Source: Balanoglossus misakiensis
Taxonomy: Eukaryota > Animalia > Hemichordata
Reading direction: 5' to 3'
Assembly: GCA_040954595.2 (NCBI GenBank)
Contig: CM082578.2
Span: forward strand, 15,546,998-15,610,997
DNA: 64,000 bases
Part shown: positions 41,501-54,700 of the stretch, piece by piece
Numbering within the stretch: position 1 is the stretch's first letter
How the letters are laid out: each line of letters starts with the position of its first letter
Program-made: the position numbers and the translations under genes
The notes under the pieces: model-generated
Told to the model about the DNA's origin: nothing
Database searches by the model: none
What the model saw: only the letters and a program-made list of their open reading frames with translations

Positions 41501-44500
41501 TCATCAGAAAATGACAATTTTTCGACTTTGCGGAATTTCAAAATTTCGTCGATTTTTGAAAAAATCATGGGTTATAGCTCAGGAAAATCATCAGAAAATG
41601 ACAATTTTTCGACTTTGCGGAATTTCAAAATTTCGTCGATTTTTGAAAAAATCATGGGTTATAGCTCAGGAAAATCATCAGAAAATGACAATTTTTCGAC
41701 TTTGCGGAATTTCAAAATTTCGTCGATTTTTGAAAAAATCATGGGTTATAGCTCAGGAAAATCATCAGAAAATGACAATTTTTCGACTTTGCGGAATTTC
41801 AAAATTTCGTCGATTTTTGAAAAAATCATGGGTTATAGCTCAGGAAAATCATCAGAAAATGACAATTTTTCGACTTTGCGGAATTTCAAAATTTCGTCGA
41901 TTTTTGAAAAAATCATGGGTTATAGCTCAGGAAAATCATCAGAAAATGACAATTTTTCGACTTTGCGAAATATCAAAATTTCTTCATTTTTTTGAAAAAA
42001 CCATGGGTTATAGCCCATGAAAATCATCCGAAAATGACAATTTTTCGACTTTGCGAAATATCAAAATTTCTTCATTTTTTTGAAAAAACCATGGGTTATA
42101 GCCCATGAAAATCATCCGAAAATGACAATTTTTCGACTTTGCGAAATATCAAAATTTCTTCATTTTTTTGAAAAAACCATGGGTTATAGCTCATGAAAAT
42201 CATCAGAAAATGACAATTTTTCGACTTTGCGGAATTTCAAAATTTCGTCGATTTTTGAAAAAATCATGGGTTATAGCTCAGGAAAATCATCAGAAAATGA
42301 CAATTTTTCGACTTTGCGGAATATCAAAATTTCGTCGATTTTTGAAAAAATCATGGGTTATAGCTCAGGAAAATCATCAGAAAATGACAATTTTTCGACT
42401 TTGCGGAATTTCAAAATTTCGTCGATTTTTGAAAAAATCATGGGTTATAGCTCAGGAAAATCATCAGAAAATGACAATTTTTCGACTTTGCGGAATTTCA
42501 AAATTTCGTCGATTTTTGAAAAAATCATGGGTTATAGCTCAGGAAAATCATCAGAAAATGACAATTTTTCGACTTTGCGGAATTTCAAAATTTCGTCGAT
42601 TTTTGAAAAAATCATGGGTTATAGCTCAGGAAAATCATCAGAAAATGACAATTTTTCGACTTTGCGGAATTTCAAAATTTCGTCGATTTTTGAAAAAATC
42701 ATGGGTTATAGCTCAGGAAAATCATCAGAAAATGACAATTTTTCGACTTTGCGGAATTTCAAAATTTCGTCGATTTTTGAAAAAATCATGGGTTATAGCT
42801 CAGGAAAATCATCAGAAAATGACAATTTTTCGACTTTGCGGAATTTCAAAATTTCGTCGATTTTTGAAAAAATCATGGGTTATAGCTCAGGAAAATCATC
42901 AGAAAATGACAATTTTTCGACTTTGCGGAATTTCAAAATTTCGTCGATTTTTGAAAAAATCATGGGTTATAGCTCAGGAAAATCATCAAAAATTGACAAT
43001 TTTTCGACTTTGCGAAATATCAAAATTTCTTAATTTTTTTGAAAAAACCATGGGTTATAGCCCATGAAAATCATCCGAAAATGACAATTTTTCGACTTTG
43101 CGAAATATCAAAATTTCTTCATTTTTTTGAAAAAACCATGGGTTATAGCCCATGAAAATCATCCGAAAATGACAATTTTTCGACTTTGCGAAATATCAAA
43201 ATTTCTTCATTTTTTTGAAAAAACCATGGGTTATAGCTCAGGAAAATCATCAGAAAATGACAATTTTTCGACTTTGCGGAATTTCAAAATTTCGTCGATT
43301 TTTGAAAAAATCATGGGTTATAGCTCAGGAAAATCATCAGAAAATGACAATTTTTCGACTTTGCGGAATATCAAAATTTCGTCGATTTTTGAAAAAATCA
43401 TGGGTTATAGCTCAGGAAAATCATCAGAAAATGACAATTTTTCGACTTTGCGGAATTTCAAAATTTCGTCGATTTTTGAAAAAATCATGGGTTATAGCTC
43501 AGGAAAATCATCAGAAAATGACAATTTTTCGACTTTGCGGAATTTCAAAATTTCGTCGATTTTTGAAAAAATCATGGGTTATAGCTCAGGAAAATCATCA
43601 GAAAATGACAATTTTTCGACTTTGCGGAATTTCAAAATTTCGTCGATTTTTGAAAAAAATCATGGGTTATAGCTCAGGAAAATCATCAGAAAATGACAAT
43701 TTTTCGACTTTGCGGAATTTCAAAATTTCGTCGATTTTTGAAAAAATCATGGGTTATAGCTCAGGAAAATCATCAGAAAATGACAATTTTTCGACTTTGC
43801 GGAATTTCAAAATTTCGTCGATTTTTGAAAAAATCATGGGTTATAGCTCAGGAAAATCATCAGAAAATGACAATTTTTCGACTTTGCGGAATTTCAAAAT
43901 TTCGCCGATTTTTGAAAAAATCATGGGTTATAGCTCAGGAAAATCATCAGAAAATGACAATTTTTCGACTTTGCGGAATTTCAAAATTTCGTCGATTTTT
44001 GAAAAAATCATGGGTTATAGCTCAGGAAAATCATCAGAAAATGACAATTTTTCGACTTTGCGGAATTTCAAAATTTCGTCGATTTTTGAAAAAATCATGG
44101 GTTATAGCTCAGGAAAATCATCAGAAAATGACAATTTTTCGACTTTGCGGAATTTCAAAATTTCGTCGATTTTTGAAAAAATCATGGGTTATAGCTCAGG
44201 AAAATCATCAGAAAATGACAATTTTTCGACTTTGCGGAATTTCAAAATTTCGTCGATTTTTGAAAAAATCATGGGTTATAGCTCAGGAAAATCATCAGAA
44301 AATGACAATTTTTCGACTTTGCGGAATTTCAAAATTTCGTCGATTTTTGAAAAAATCATGGGTTATAGCTCAGGAAAATCATCAGAAAATGACAATTTTT
44401 CGACTTTGCGGAATTTCAAAATTTCGTCGATTTTTGAAAAAATCATGGGTTATAGCTCAGGAAAATCATCAGAAAATGACAATTTTTCGACTTTGCGGAA

Positions 44501-47500
44501 TTTCAAAATTTCGTCGATTTTTGAAAAAATCATGGGTTATAGCTCAGGAAAATCATCAGAAAATGACAATTTTTCGACTTTGCGGAATTTCAAAATTTCG
44601 TCGATTTTTGAAAAAATCATGGGTTATAGCTCAGGAAAATCATCAGAAAATGACAATTTTTCGACTTTGCGAAATATCAAAATTTCGTCGATTTTTGAAA
44701 AAATCATGGGTTATAGCCCATGAAAATCATCCGAAAATGACAATTTTTCGACTTTGCGAAATATCAAAATTTCTTCATTTTTTTGAAAAAACCATGGGTT
44801 ATAGCCCATGAAAATCATCCGAAAATGACAATTTTTCGACTTTGCGAAATATCAAAATTTCTTCATTTTTTTGAAAAAACCATGGGTTATATATAGCCCA
44901 TGAAAATCATCCGAAAATGACAATTTTTCGACTTTGCGAAATATCAAAATTTCTTCATTTTTTTGAAAAAACCATGGGTTATAGCTCATGAAAATCATCA
45001 GAAAATGACAATTTTTCGACTTTGCGGAATTTCAAAATTTCGTCGATTTTTGAAAAAATCATGGGTTATAGCTCAGGAAAATCATCAGAAAATGACAATT
45101 TTTCGACTTTGCGGAATATCAAAATTTCGTCGATTTTTGAAAAAATCATGGGTTATAGCTCAGGAAAATCATCAGAAAATGACAATTTTTCGACTTTGCG
45201 GAATTTCAAAATTTCGTCGATTTTTGAAAAAATCATGGGTTATAGCTCAGGAAAATCATCAGAAAATGACAATTTTTCGACTTTGCGGAATTTCAAAATT
45301 TCGTCGATTTTTGAAAAAATCATGGGTTATAGCTCAGGAAAATCATCAGAAAATGACAATTTTTCGACTTTGCGGAATTTCAAAATTTCGTCGATTTTTG
45401 AAAAAAATCATGGGTTATAGCTCAGGAAAATCATCAGAAAATGACAATTTTTCGACTTTGCGGAATTTCAAAATTTCGTCGATTTTTGAAAAAATCATGG
45501 GTTATAGCTCAGGAAAATCATCAGAAAATGACAATTTTTCGACTTTGCGGAATTTCAAAATTTCGTCGATTTTTGAAAAAATCATGGGTTATAGCTCAGG
45601 AAAATCATCAGAAAATGACAATTTTTCGACTTTGCGGAATTTCAAAATTTCGCCGATTTTTGAAAAAATCATGGGTTATAGCTCAGGAAAATCATCAGAA
45701 AATGACAATTTTTCGACTTTGCGGAATTTCAAAATTTCGTCGATTTTTGAAAAAATCATGGGTTATAGCTCAGGAAAATCATCAGAAAATGACAATTTTT
45801 CGACTTTGCGGAATTTCAAAATTTCGTCGATTTTTGAAAAAATCATGGGTTATAGCTCAGGAAAATCATCAGAAAATGACAATTTTTCGACTTTGCGGAA
45901 TTTCAAAATTTCGTCGATTTTTGAAAAAATCATGGGTTATAGCTCAGGAAAATCATCAGAAAATGACAATTTTTCGACTTTGCGGAATTTCAAAATTTCG
46001 TCGATTTTTGAAAAAATCATGGGTTATAGCTCAGGAAAATCATCAGAAAATGACAATTTTTCGACTTTGCGGAATTTCAAAATTTCGTCGATTTTTGAAA
46101 AAATCATGGGTTATAGCTCAGGAAAATCATCAGAAAATGACAATTTTTCGACTTTGCGGAATTTCAAAATTTCGTCGATTTTTGAAAAAATCATGGGTTA
46201 TAGCTCAGGAAAATCATCAGAAAATGACAATTTTTCGACTTTGCGGAATTTCAAAATTTCGTCGATTTTTGAAAAAATCATGGGTTATAGCTCAGGAAAA
46301 TCATCAGAAAATGACAATTTTTCGACTTTGCGAAATATCAAAATTTCGTCGATTTTTGAAAAAATCATGGGTTATAGCCCATGAAAATCATCCGAAAATG
46401 ACAATTTTTCGACTTTGCGAAATATCAAAATTTCTTCATTTTTTTGAAAAAACCATGGGTTATAGCCCATGAAAATCATCCGAAAATGACAATTTTTCGA
46501 CTTTGCGAAATATCAAAATTTCTTCATTTTTTTGAAAAAACCATGGGTTATATATAGCCCATGAAAATCATCCGAAAATGACAATTTTTCGACTTTGCGA
46601 AATATCAAAATTTCTTCATTTTTTTGAAAAAACCATGGGTTATAGCTCATGAAAATCATCAGAAAATGACAATTTTTCGACTTTGCGGAATTTCAAAATT
46701 TCGTCGATTTTTGAAAAAATCATGGGTTATAGCTCAGGAAAATCATCAGAAAATGACAATTTTTCGACTTTGCGGAATATCAAAATTTCGTCGATTTTTG
46801 AAAAAATCATGGGTTATAGCTCAGGAAAATCATCAGAAAATGACAATTTTTCGACTTTGCGGAATTTCAAAATTTCGTCGATTTTTGAAAAAATCATGGG
46901 TTATAGCTCAGGAAAATCATCAGAAAATGACAATTTTTCGACTTTGCGGAATTTCAAAATTTCGTCGATTTTTGAAAAAATCATGGGTTATAGCTCAGGA
47001 AAATCATCAGAAAATGACAATTTTTCGACTTTGCGGAATTTCAAAATTTCGTCGATTTTTGAAAAAAATCATGGGTTATAGCTCAGGAAAATCATCAGAA
47101 AATGACAATTTTTCGACTTTGCGGAATTTCAAAATTTCGTCGATTTTTGAAAAAATCATGGGTTATAGCTCAGGAAAATCATCAGAAAATGACAATTTTT
47201 CGACTTTGCGGAATTTCAAAATTTCGTCGATTTTTGAAAAAATCATGGGTTATAGCTCAGGAAAATCATCAGAAAATGACAATTTTTCGACTTTGCGGAA
47301 TTTCAAAATTTCGCCGATTTTTGAAAAAATCATGGGTTATAGCTCAGGAAAATCATCAGAAAATGACAATTTTTCGACTTTGCGGAATTTCAAAATTTCG
47401 TCGATTTTTGAAAAAATCATGGGTTATAGCTCAGGAAAATCATCAGAAAATGACAATTTTTCGACTTTGCGGAATTTCAAAATTTCGTCGATTTTTGAAA

Positions 47501-50500
47501 AAATCATGGGTTATAGCTCAGGAAAATCATCAGAAAATGACAATTTTTCGACTTTGCGGAATTTCAAAATTTCGTCGATTTTTGAAAAAATCATGGGTTA
47601 TAGCTCAGGAAAATCATCAGAAAATGACAATTTTTCGACTTTGCGGAATTTCAAAATTTCGTCGATTTTTGAAAAAATCATGGGTTATAGCTCAGGAAAA
47701 TCATCAGAAAATGACAATTTTTCGACTTTGCGGAATTTCAAAATTTCGTCGATTTTTGAAAAAATCATGGGTTATAGCTCAGGAAAATCATCAGAAAATG
47801 ACAATTTTTCGACTTTGCGGAATTTCAAAATTTCGTCGATTTTTGAAAAAATCATGGGTTATAGCTCAGGAAAATCATCAGAAAATGACAATTTTTCGAC
47901 TTTGCGGAATTTCAAAATTTCGTCGATTTTTGAAAAAATCATGGGTTATAGCTCAGGAAAATCATCAGAAAATGACAATTTTTCGACTTTGCGGAATTTC
48001 AAAATTTCGTCGATTTTTGAAAAAATCATGGGTTATAGCTCAGGAAAATCATCAGAAAATGACAATTTTTCGACTTTGCGGAATTTCAAAATTTCGTCGA
48101 TTTTTGAAAAAATCATGGGTTATAGCTCAGGAAAATCATCAGAAAATGACAATTTTTCGACTTTGCGGAATTTCAAAATTTCGTCGATTTTTGAAAAAAT
48201 CATGGGTTATAGCTCAGGAAAATCATCAGAAAATGATAATTTTTCGACTTTGCGGAATTTCAAAATTTCGTCGATTTTTGAAAAAATCATGGGTTATAGC
48301 TCAGGAAAATCATCAGAAAATGACAATTTTTCGACTTTGCGGAATTTCAAAATTTCGTCGATTTTTGAAAAAATCATGGGTTATAGCTCAGGAAAATCAT
48401 CAGAAAATGACAATTTTTCGACTTTGCGGAATTTCAAAATTTCGTCGATTTTTGAAAAAATCATGGGTTATAGCTCAGGAAAATCATCAGAAAATGACAA
48501 TTTTTCGACTTTGCGGAATTTCAAAATTTCGTCGATTTTTGAAAAAATCATGGGTTATAGCTCAGGAAAATCATCAGAAAATGACAATTTTTCGACTTTG
48601 CGGAATTTCAAAATTTCGTCGATTTTTGAAAAAATCATGGGTTATAGCTCAGGAAAATCATCAGAAAATAACAATTTTTCGACTTTGCGGAATTTCAAAA
48701 TTTCGTCGATTTTTGAAAAAATCATGGGTTATAGCTCAGGAAAATCATCAGAAAATGACAATTTTTCGACTTTGCGGAATTTCAAAATTTCGTCGATTTT
48801 TGAAAAAATCATGGGTTATAGCTCAGGAAAATCATCAGAAAATGACAATTTTTCGACTTTGCGGAATTTCAAAATTTCGTCGATTTTTGAAAAAATCATG
48901 GGTTATAGCTCAGGAAAATCATCAGAAAATGACAATTTTTCGACTTTGCGGAATTTCAAAATTTCGTCGATTTTTGAAAAAATCATGGGTTATAGCTCAG
49001 GAAAATCATCAGAAAATGACAATTTTTCGACTTTGCGGAATTTCAAAATTTCGTCGATTTTTGAAAAAATCATGGGTTATAGCTCAGGAAAATCATCAAA
49101 AATTGACAATTTTTCGACTTTGCGAAATATCAAAATTTCTTAATTTTTTTGAAAAAACCATGGGTTATAGCCCATGAAAATCATCCGAAAATGACAATTT
49201 TTCGACTTTGCGAAATATCAAAATTTCTTCATTTTTTTGAAAAAACCATGGGTTATAGCCCATGAAAATCATCCGAAAATGACAATTTTTCGACTTTGCG
49301 AAATATCAAAATTTCTTCATTTTTTTGAAAAAACCATGGGTTATAGCTCAGGAAAATCATCAGAAAATGACAATTTTTCGACTTTGCGGAATTTCAAAAT
49401 TTCGTCGATTTTTGAAAAAATCATGGGTTATAGCTCAGGAAAATCATCAGAAAATGACAATTTTTCGACTTTGCGGAATATCAAAATTTCGTCGATTTTT
49501 GAAAAAATCATGGGTTATAGCTCAGGAAAATCATCAGAAAATGACAATTTTTCGACTTTGCGGAATTTCAAAATTTCGTCGATTTTTGAAAAAATCATGG
49601 GTTATAGCTCAGGAAAATCATCAGAAAATGACAATTTTTCGACTTTGCGGAATTTCAAAATTTCGTCGATTTTTGAAAAAATCATGGGTTATAGCTCAGG
49701 AAAATCATCAGAAAATGACAATTTTTCGACTTTGCGGAATTTCAAAATTTCGTCGATTTTTGAAAAAAATCATGGGTTATAGCTCAGGAAAATCATCAGA
49801 AAATGACAATTTTTCGACTTTGCGGAATTTCAAAATTTCGTCGATTTTTGAAAAAATCATGGGTTATAGCTCAGGAAAATCATCAGAAAATGACAATTTT
49901 TCGACTTTGCGGAATTTCAAAATTTCGTCGATTTTTGAAAAAAATCATGGGTTATAGCTCAGGAAAATCATCAGAAAATGACAATTTTTCGACTTTGCGG
50001 AATTTCAAAATTTCGTCGATTTTTGAAAAAATCATGGGTTATAGCTCAGGAAAATCATCAGAAAATGACAATTTTTCGACTTTGCGGAATTTCAAAATTT
50101 CGTCGATTTTTGAAAAAATCATGGGTTATAGCTCAGGAAAATCATCAGAAAATGACAATTTTTCGACTTTGCGGAATTTCAAAATTTCGTCGATTTTTGA
50201 AAAAATCATGGGTTATAGCTCAGGAAAATCATCAGAAAATGACAATTTTTCGACTTTGCGGAATTTCAAAATTTCGTCGATTTTTGAAAAAATCATGGGT
50301 TATAGCTCAGGAAAATCATCAGAAAATGACAATTTTTCGACTTTGCGGAATTTCAAAATTTCGTCGATTTTTGAAAAAATCATGGGTTATAGCTCAGGAA
50401 AATCATCAGAAAATGACAATTTTTCGACTTTGCGGAATTTCAAAATTTCGTCGATTTTTGAAAAAATCATGGGTTATAGCTCAGGAAAATCATCAGAAAA

Positions 50501-51222
50501 TGACAATTTTTCGACTTTGCGGAATTTCAAAATTTCTTCATTTTTTTGAAAAAACCATGGGTTATAGCTCATGAAAATCATCCGAAAATGACAATATTTC
50601 GACTTTGCGAAATATCAAAATTTCTTCATTTTTTTGAAAAAACCATGGGTTATAGCTCATGAAAATCATCCGAAAATGACAATTTTTCGACTTTGCGAAA
50701 TATCAAAATTTCTTCATTTTTTTGAAAAAACCATGGGTTATAGCTCATGAAAATCTTCCGAAAATGACAATTTTTCGACTTTGCGAAATATCAAAATTTC
50801 TTCATTTTTTAAAAAAAACCATGGGTTATAGCTCATGAAAATCATCCGAAAATGACAATTTTTCGACTTTGCGAAATATCAAAATTTCTTTATTTTTGTT
50901 AAAAAACCATGGGTTATAGCTCATGAAAATCATCCGAAAATGACAATTTTTCGACTTTGCATATTTCCGAAATTTTGTCATCTTCGGTCATTTTTCATGG
51001 GTTATAGCTCATGAAAATGATGAAAAAATGACAAATTTTCGACTTTGCGTATTTCGGAAATTCGTCATCTTTGGACATTTTTCATGGGTTATAGCTCATG
51101 AAAATGATGAAAAAATGACAAATTTTCGACTTTGCGTATTTCGGAAATTTTGTCATCTTCGGTCATTTTTCATGGGTTATAGCTCATGAAAATGATGAAA
51201 AAAAGACAAATTTCTGACTTTG
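26536..51222. repeat. Satellite DNA array, 87-bp monomer (88-bp and ~90-bp variants), ~283 copies, ~24.7 kb
   Basis: Consensus tttttgaaaaaatcatgggttatagctcaggaaaatcatcagaaaatgacaatttttcgactttgcggaatttcaaaatttcgtcga (87 nt) is repeated head-to-tail. The ORF track shows the matching 29-aa periodicity. Confidence 0.99.
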
Positions 51223-51712
51223 TCATTTTTTATTTATTATTTTATTTATATTATTATTCTAACAGATACACCTTCAAAACATGACACATTCTCGATTTCG
51301 TGAATTTTGGTCGTTTTGGCAATTTCATGTCATATCCATGAATTCTAACCCATACACGCATAAATAATGACAAATTGTGGATTTGGTGGATTTTGGCATT
51401 TTAATGTCATATGCAGACACTCACATATAGACATAAATAGATACTGACAAGGTACACAAGATGACAACCAATTTCATTATCTCACTATCGTCTATAGCTA
51501 AAAACTACATCAGTTTTTGTATATTCATATTGTCTTATAAATCATCCCACCATGGTCCATTAAAATCAATGATTTACAATGAAAATTAAAATTTACATGA
51601 TACTCAGATTGTCAAATATTTGCAATTTGCCAAAAAGGCATTTCTCCATTAAAGTACTGTATGGAAACTGCATGATGTAAAATAACCCTGTTAAGCAAAT
51701 TCATCGGAAAGA

Positions 51713-54700
51713 TTACATATTTTTACTGTGTCCTAGTTGTTCATATGCATACGCTACTTTGATAACCATTGACTCATCAAAATGTTTCCCAACAATCATC
51801 ATACCAACAGGCAGTCCTTGACTGAAACCAGCATTGATACTTAATGCAGGGTGACCCGTTACATTGAATGCTGTCGTATTCCCACCAGATGTCTGACAGG
51901 CTTCAATCAAATCTAAAAAAAAAGTGTGCCAGAAAATGAAAAAAACATGATCAGAATGTTACTGATGGCAATATTTATAAAGATGCATTTTTCTTCAAGT
52001 CTGATAAACACGGACACCCCTTTTGTATTGGGAGTTGTTGCACATTCTGCACATTCTGACACATCATTGTCAATGACATAGTCCCAAACACGTGAGAAGT
52101 GACCTCAAGTCATGAAGTGCAAATGTACGTACATCATGGTACACTGTCCTTGACCCAAGTTTGAATGAATTAGGTCCAGGTATGTCTGGACTGACAGGCA
52201 CAGCCAATTCCCTCAGACTTTGTACACAAACAGAAGAATGATGAAAATCAGCCTTGCATGGAGTTTTTTGAGTACAATAACAGTTGATTGATAACAGACT
52301 CTTTGACATATATGTACACTGCCCTGTGTCATTCATGCAATATCATTTGCATATGCCTTGGAGATAAGCGGCACAAGAACATTAAGAGTCAGATAACAGA
52401 TGATAGATATTGACTTGATGTTACATTAGTGCAACTGCGATATATCTCACTTTCACTCACCACGTATGGATGCATCCTTGCTTGGAAATGGCTTTGGTTT
52501 GTGTGGTACTGTTGGCATGATCAACACATCGTAGCGTTTGAGGGCCTGGTCGTACTTCTTAGTCAACTCCCTGGCCAGGTTTTGACATTTGGCATACAGT
52601 CTGACACCACACTCCCTCTCCAGATATCCACCAAGTAGTAACGCTTTCTGTGAGAAATTGAATCATAAACTAATGAGACAATCAAACTATCAGTCTTCCT
52701 AGTGCCTATTCTTAGTTTCGTCTGCAAAATTACAATTGTAAGTGGACTTGAATTTGTCTCCAGAGGAAAAGTCAGTGGATAAGGAATCATGCTGTACAAT
52801 CCCCTTCGTGGTCTTTCAAGACTTTACCTTCACGGTGACTGGGAAGCGGTCACTTTCACTCTTGCAAGCTCTTTGCATTGCATCAATCAAACTCATGGGA
52901 TAATACCCTGAGCCTAAATATCCAGCACCTGTTTATAAAAAAAAACTGAGATGATTCAATTTACATAAGCAAGGCAGTGTAGCTACATTCAGAGGTAAAA
53001 TGGACATTGGACAGAAGGGGTGCACTTAGAGGGATTGTTTCGGGGGGGATGCAGATGGTAACCATGGCAAAGTGGTCAGTTGTTTTTTCTGATCACTGGC
53101 TCTTACATTTATCTGTGCAGAAAAGCACACAATTACTTGCCTTCAGTCATTGGCTTCAGCAAACCCTGTGTAACGAAACCTGATCGAATGACGCCTGCAA
53201 CTAAAATAGTAGACAGAAATGAGTGAGGGACATTTTTATACCGAAAATGAACACAGCATCAGTCTTGTTCATTGACAGTGAGTGTGCATAAAATGTGATT
53301 CACACAAAATGCATTTGTGGATGAGGGCAGTTTTCCCAGAAAAGAATACAAACTAAGAAACCAATTCTCTTCAAATTTTGATTTTTTTTTACCTTCATGC
53401 ATTGGTATGGATACCCTTTCAACTACTGCCCCTATTTTAACCAATCGGAAAGCTGCTTCCGTCACAAGTACATCTACATCCTCTTCTGACCTAGGTGTAT
53501 AGAAGCCTTCTTCCAATAGGCCAATTTTTACTCCGGTTAAATCTTGGGACAACTGTCAAAGTAATAAACACTCAACAATTACTTTTCTGGTAGAAATGTT
53601 GGTAACAAATAAGTATTTGATGTTCATTTACACCTATAGTGTGTTTACTTAACATATAACTTCATATCACAGTCAGAAAAGCACCATACAAATGTATGGA
53701 TGGATGAATGGACAGAACCCGATAAAAAAGTCCCCCACAAACTATAAACCATGCCTGCATACCTGTTTGGTATAATCAGGAATGACCAAATCATTTGGCT
53801 GCCTGGGGTCCAGTCCATCATCTTCACGTCCCGCCATTGCCTGTCAAAAAGAGATTAAGCCACAACAGTCAATTAATAACTGCACATTTAAATTAAATAT
53901 TCCCAATGTAGTACCTTAATTTTGCAAGTCTCACCCAGGGATTTTCAGGTAAACACAGAAACTTTACCTGAAGAAGTAAAGCACAGTCACGAACTGTTCT
54001 GGTCATAGGCCCCACGTGATCCACTGTGGTTTCCATGGATAATATACCTGTGTATGGAACCAGTCCCCAGGTGGGTTTCAATCCCACAATTCCACAGGCT
54101 GAAGCTGGAACACGTATGGAGCCCCCTTGGTCGCAACCCACTGCCATGTCGACAGCACCAGTGGCCACCTATATGGGAGAAACTTTAGAGTATGAGGAGG
54201 TTTTTTTTATGAAAGTCATCAATAAAGATATAGTATGCTGTACAAAGTAGGAAACCACATTGATGACTACACATCTGTCAAGTTGTATACATATACACTG
54301 TATGTATCATGATCTTGTCACAAATCTCTATATTTGTGATTTGAACTTTAAACAATGCAAGTAATAAAAGGTAATGACAAATCACCACACTCCAGATCAG
54401 TACAGGTGTTACATGTGATACATTTCAAACAATGCAGCCTGTGAAATATGCCCAAGAACAAACTCGGGGTGTCATATTCTGGCTCGCCCTCTAGTGGCCA
54501 TGGGAGCTGTGAAAATCTTTGTATAGCAACACAAAAATTGGTCATGAAACTGAAGGGCATGGTATGCCATCTTGAGGGATAAATACAAGTTATTTAAATA
54601 TGTATGAAGACAATTCTTACCAAAACAGCACAGCCACTGCTAGAACCACCAGCCATTTTTGTGACATCATGTGGATTGGTGACAAGACCAGTTGTTGACA

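Noticed and set aside
26700-50500. Hammerhead ribozyme in the satellite minus strand (CTGATGA ... GAAA in each A-type monomer)
   Set aside because: The stem II closing pair would be U-C, and the 8 nt between the putative cleavage site and CUGAUGA cannot form stem I, even as a dimer. B-type monomers also lose the core (CGGATGA). An Infernal Hammerhead search would be the formal test.
26667-50574. Giant repetitive ORFs (up to 1617 aa) in two overlapping + frames
   Set aside because: They are a by-product of an 87-bp (29-codon) unit lacking stops in two frames. Single-base A-run indels swap frames freely, variant monomers introduce TGA, and there is no unique N- or C-terminal domain or sign of codon-level constraint.
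26536-51222. CRISPR-like array
   Set aside because: The monomers are contiguous and near-identical, with no unique spacers. There are no cas genes and the context is eukaryotic.
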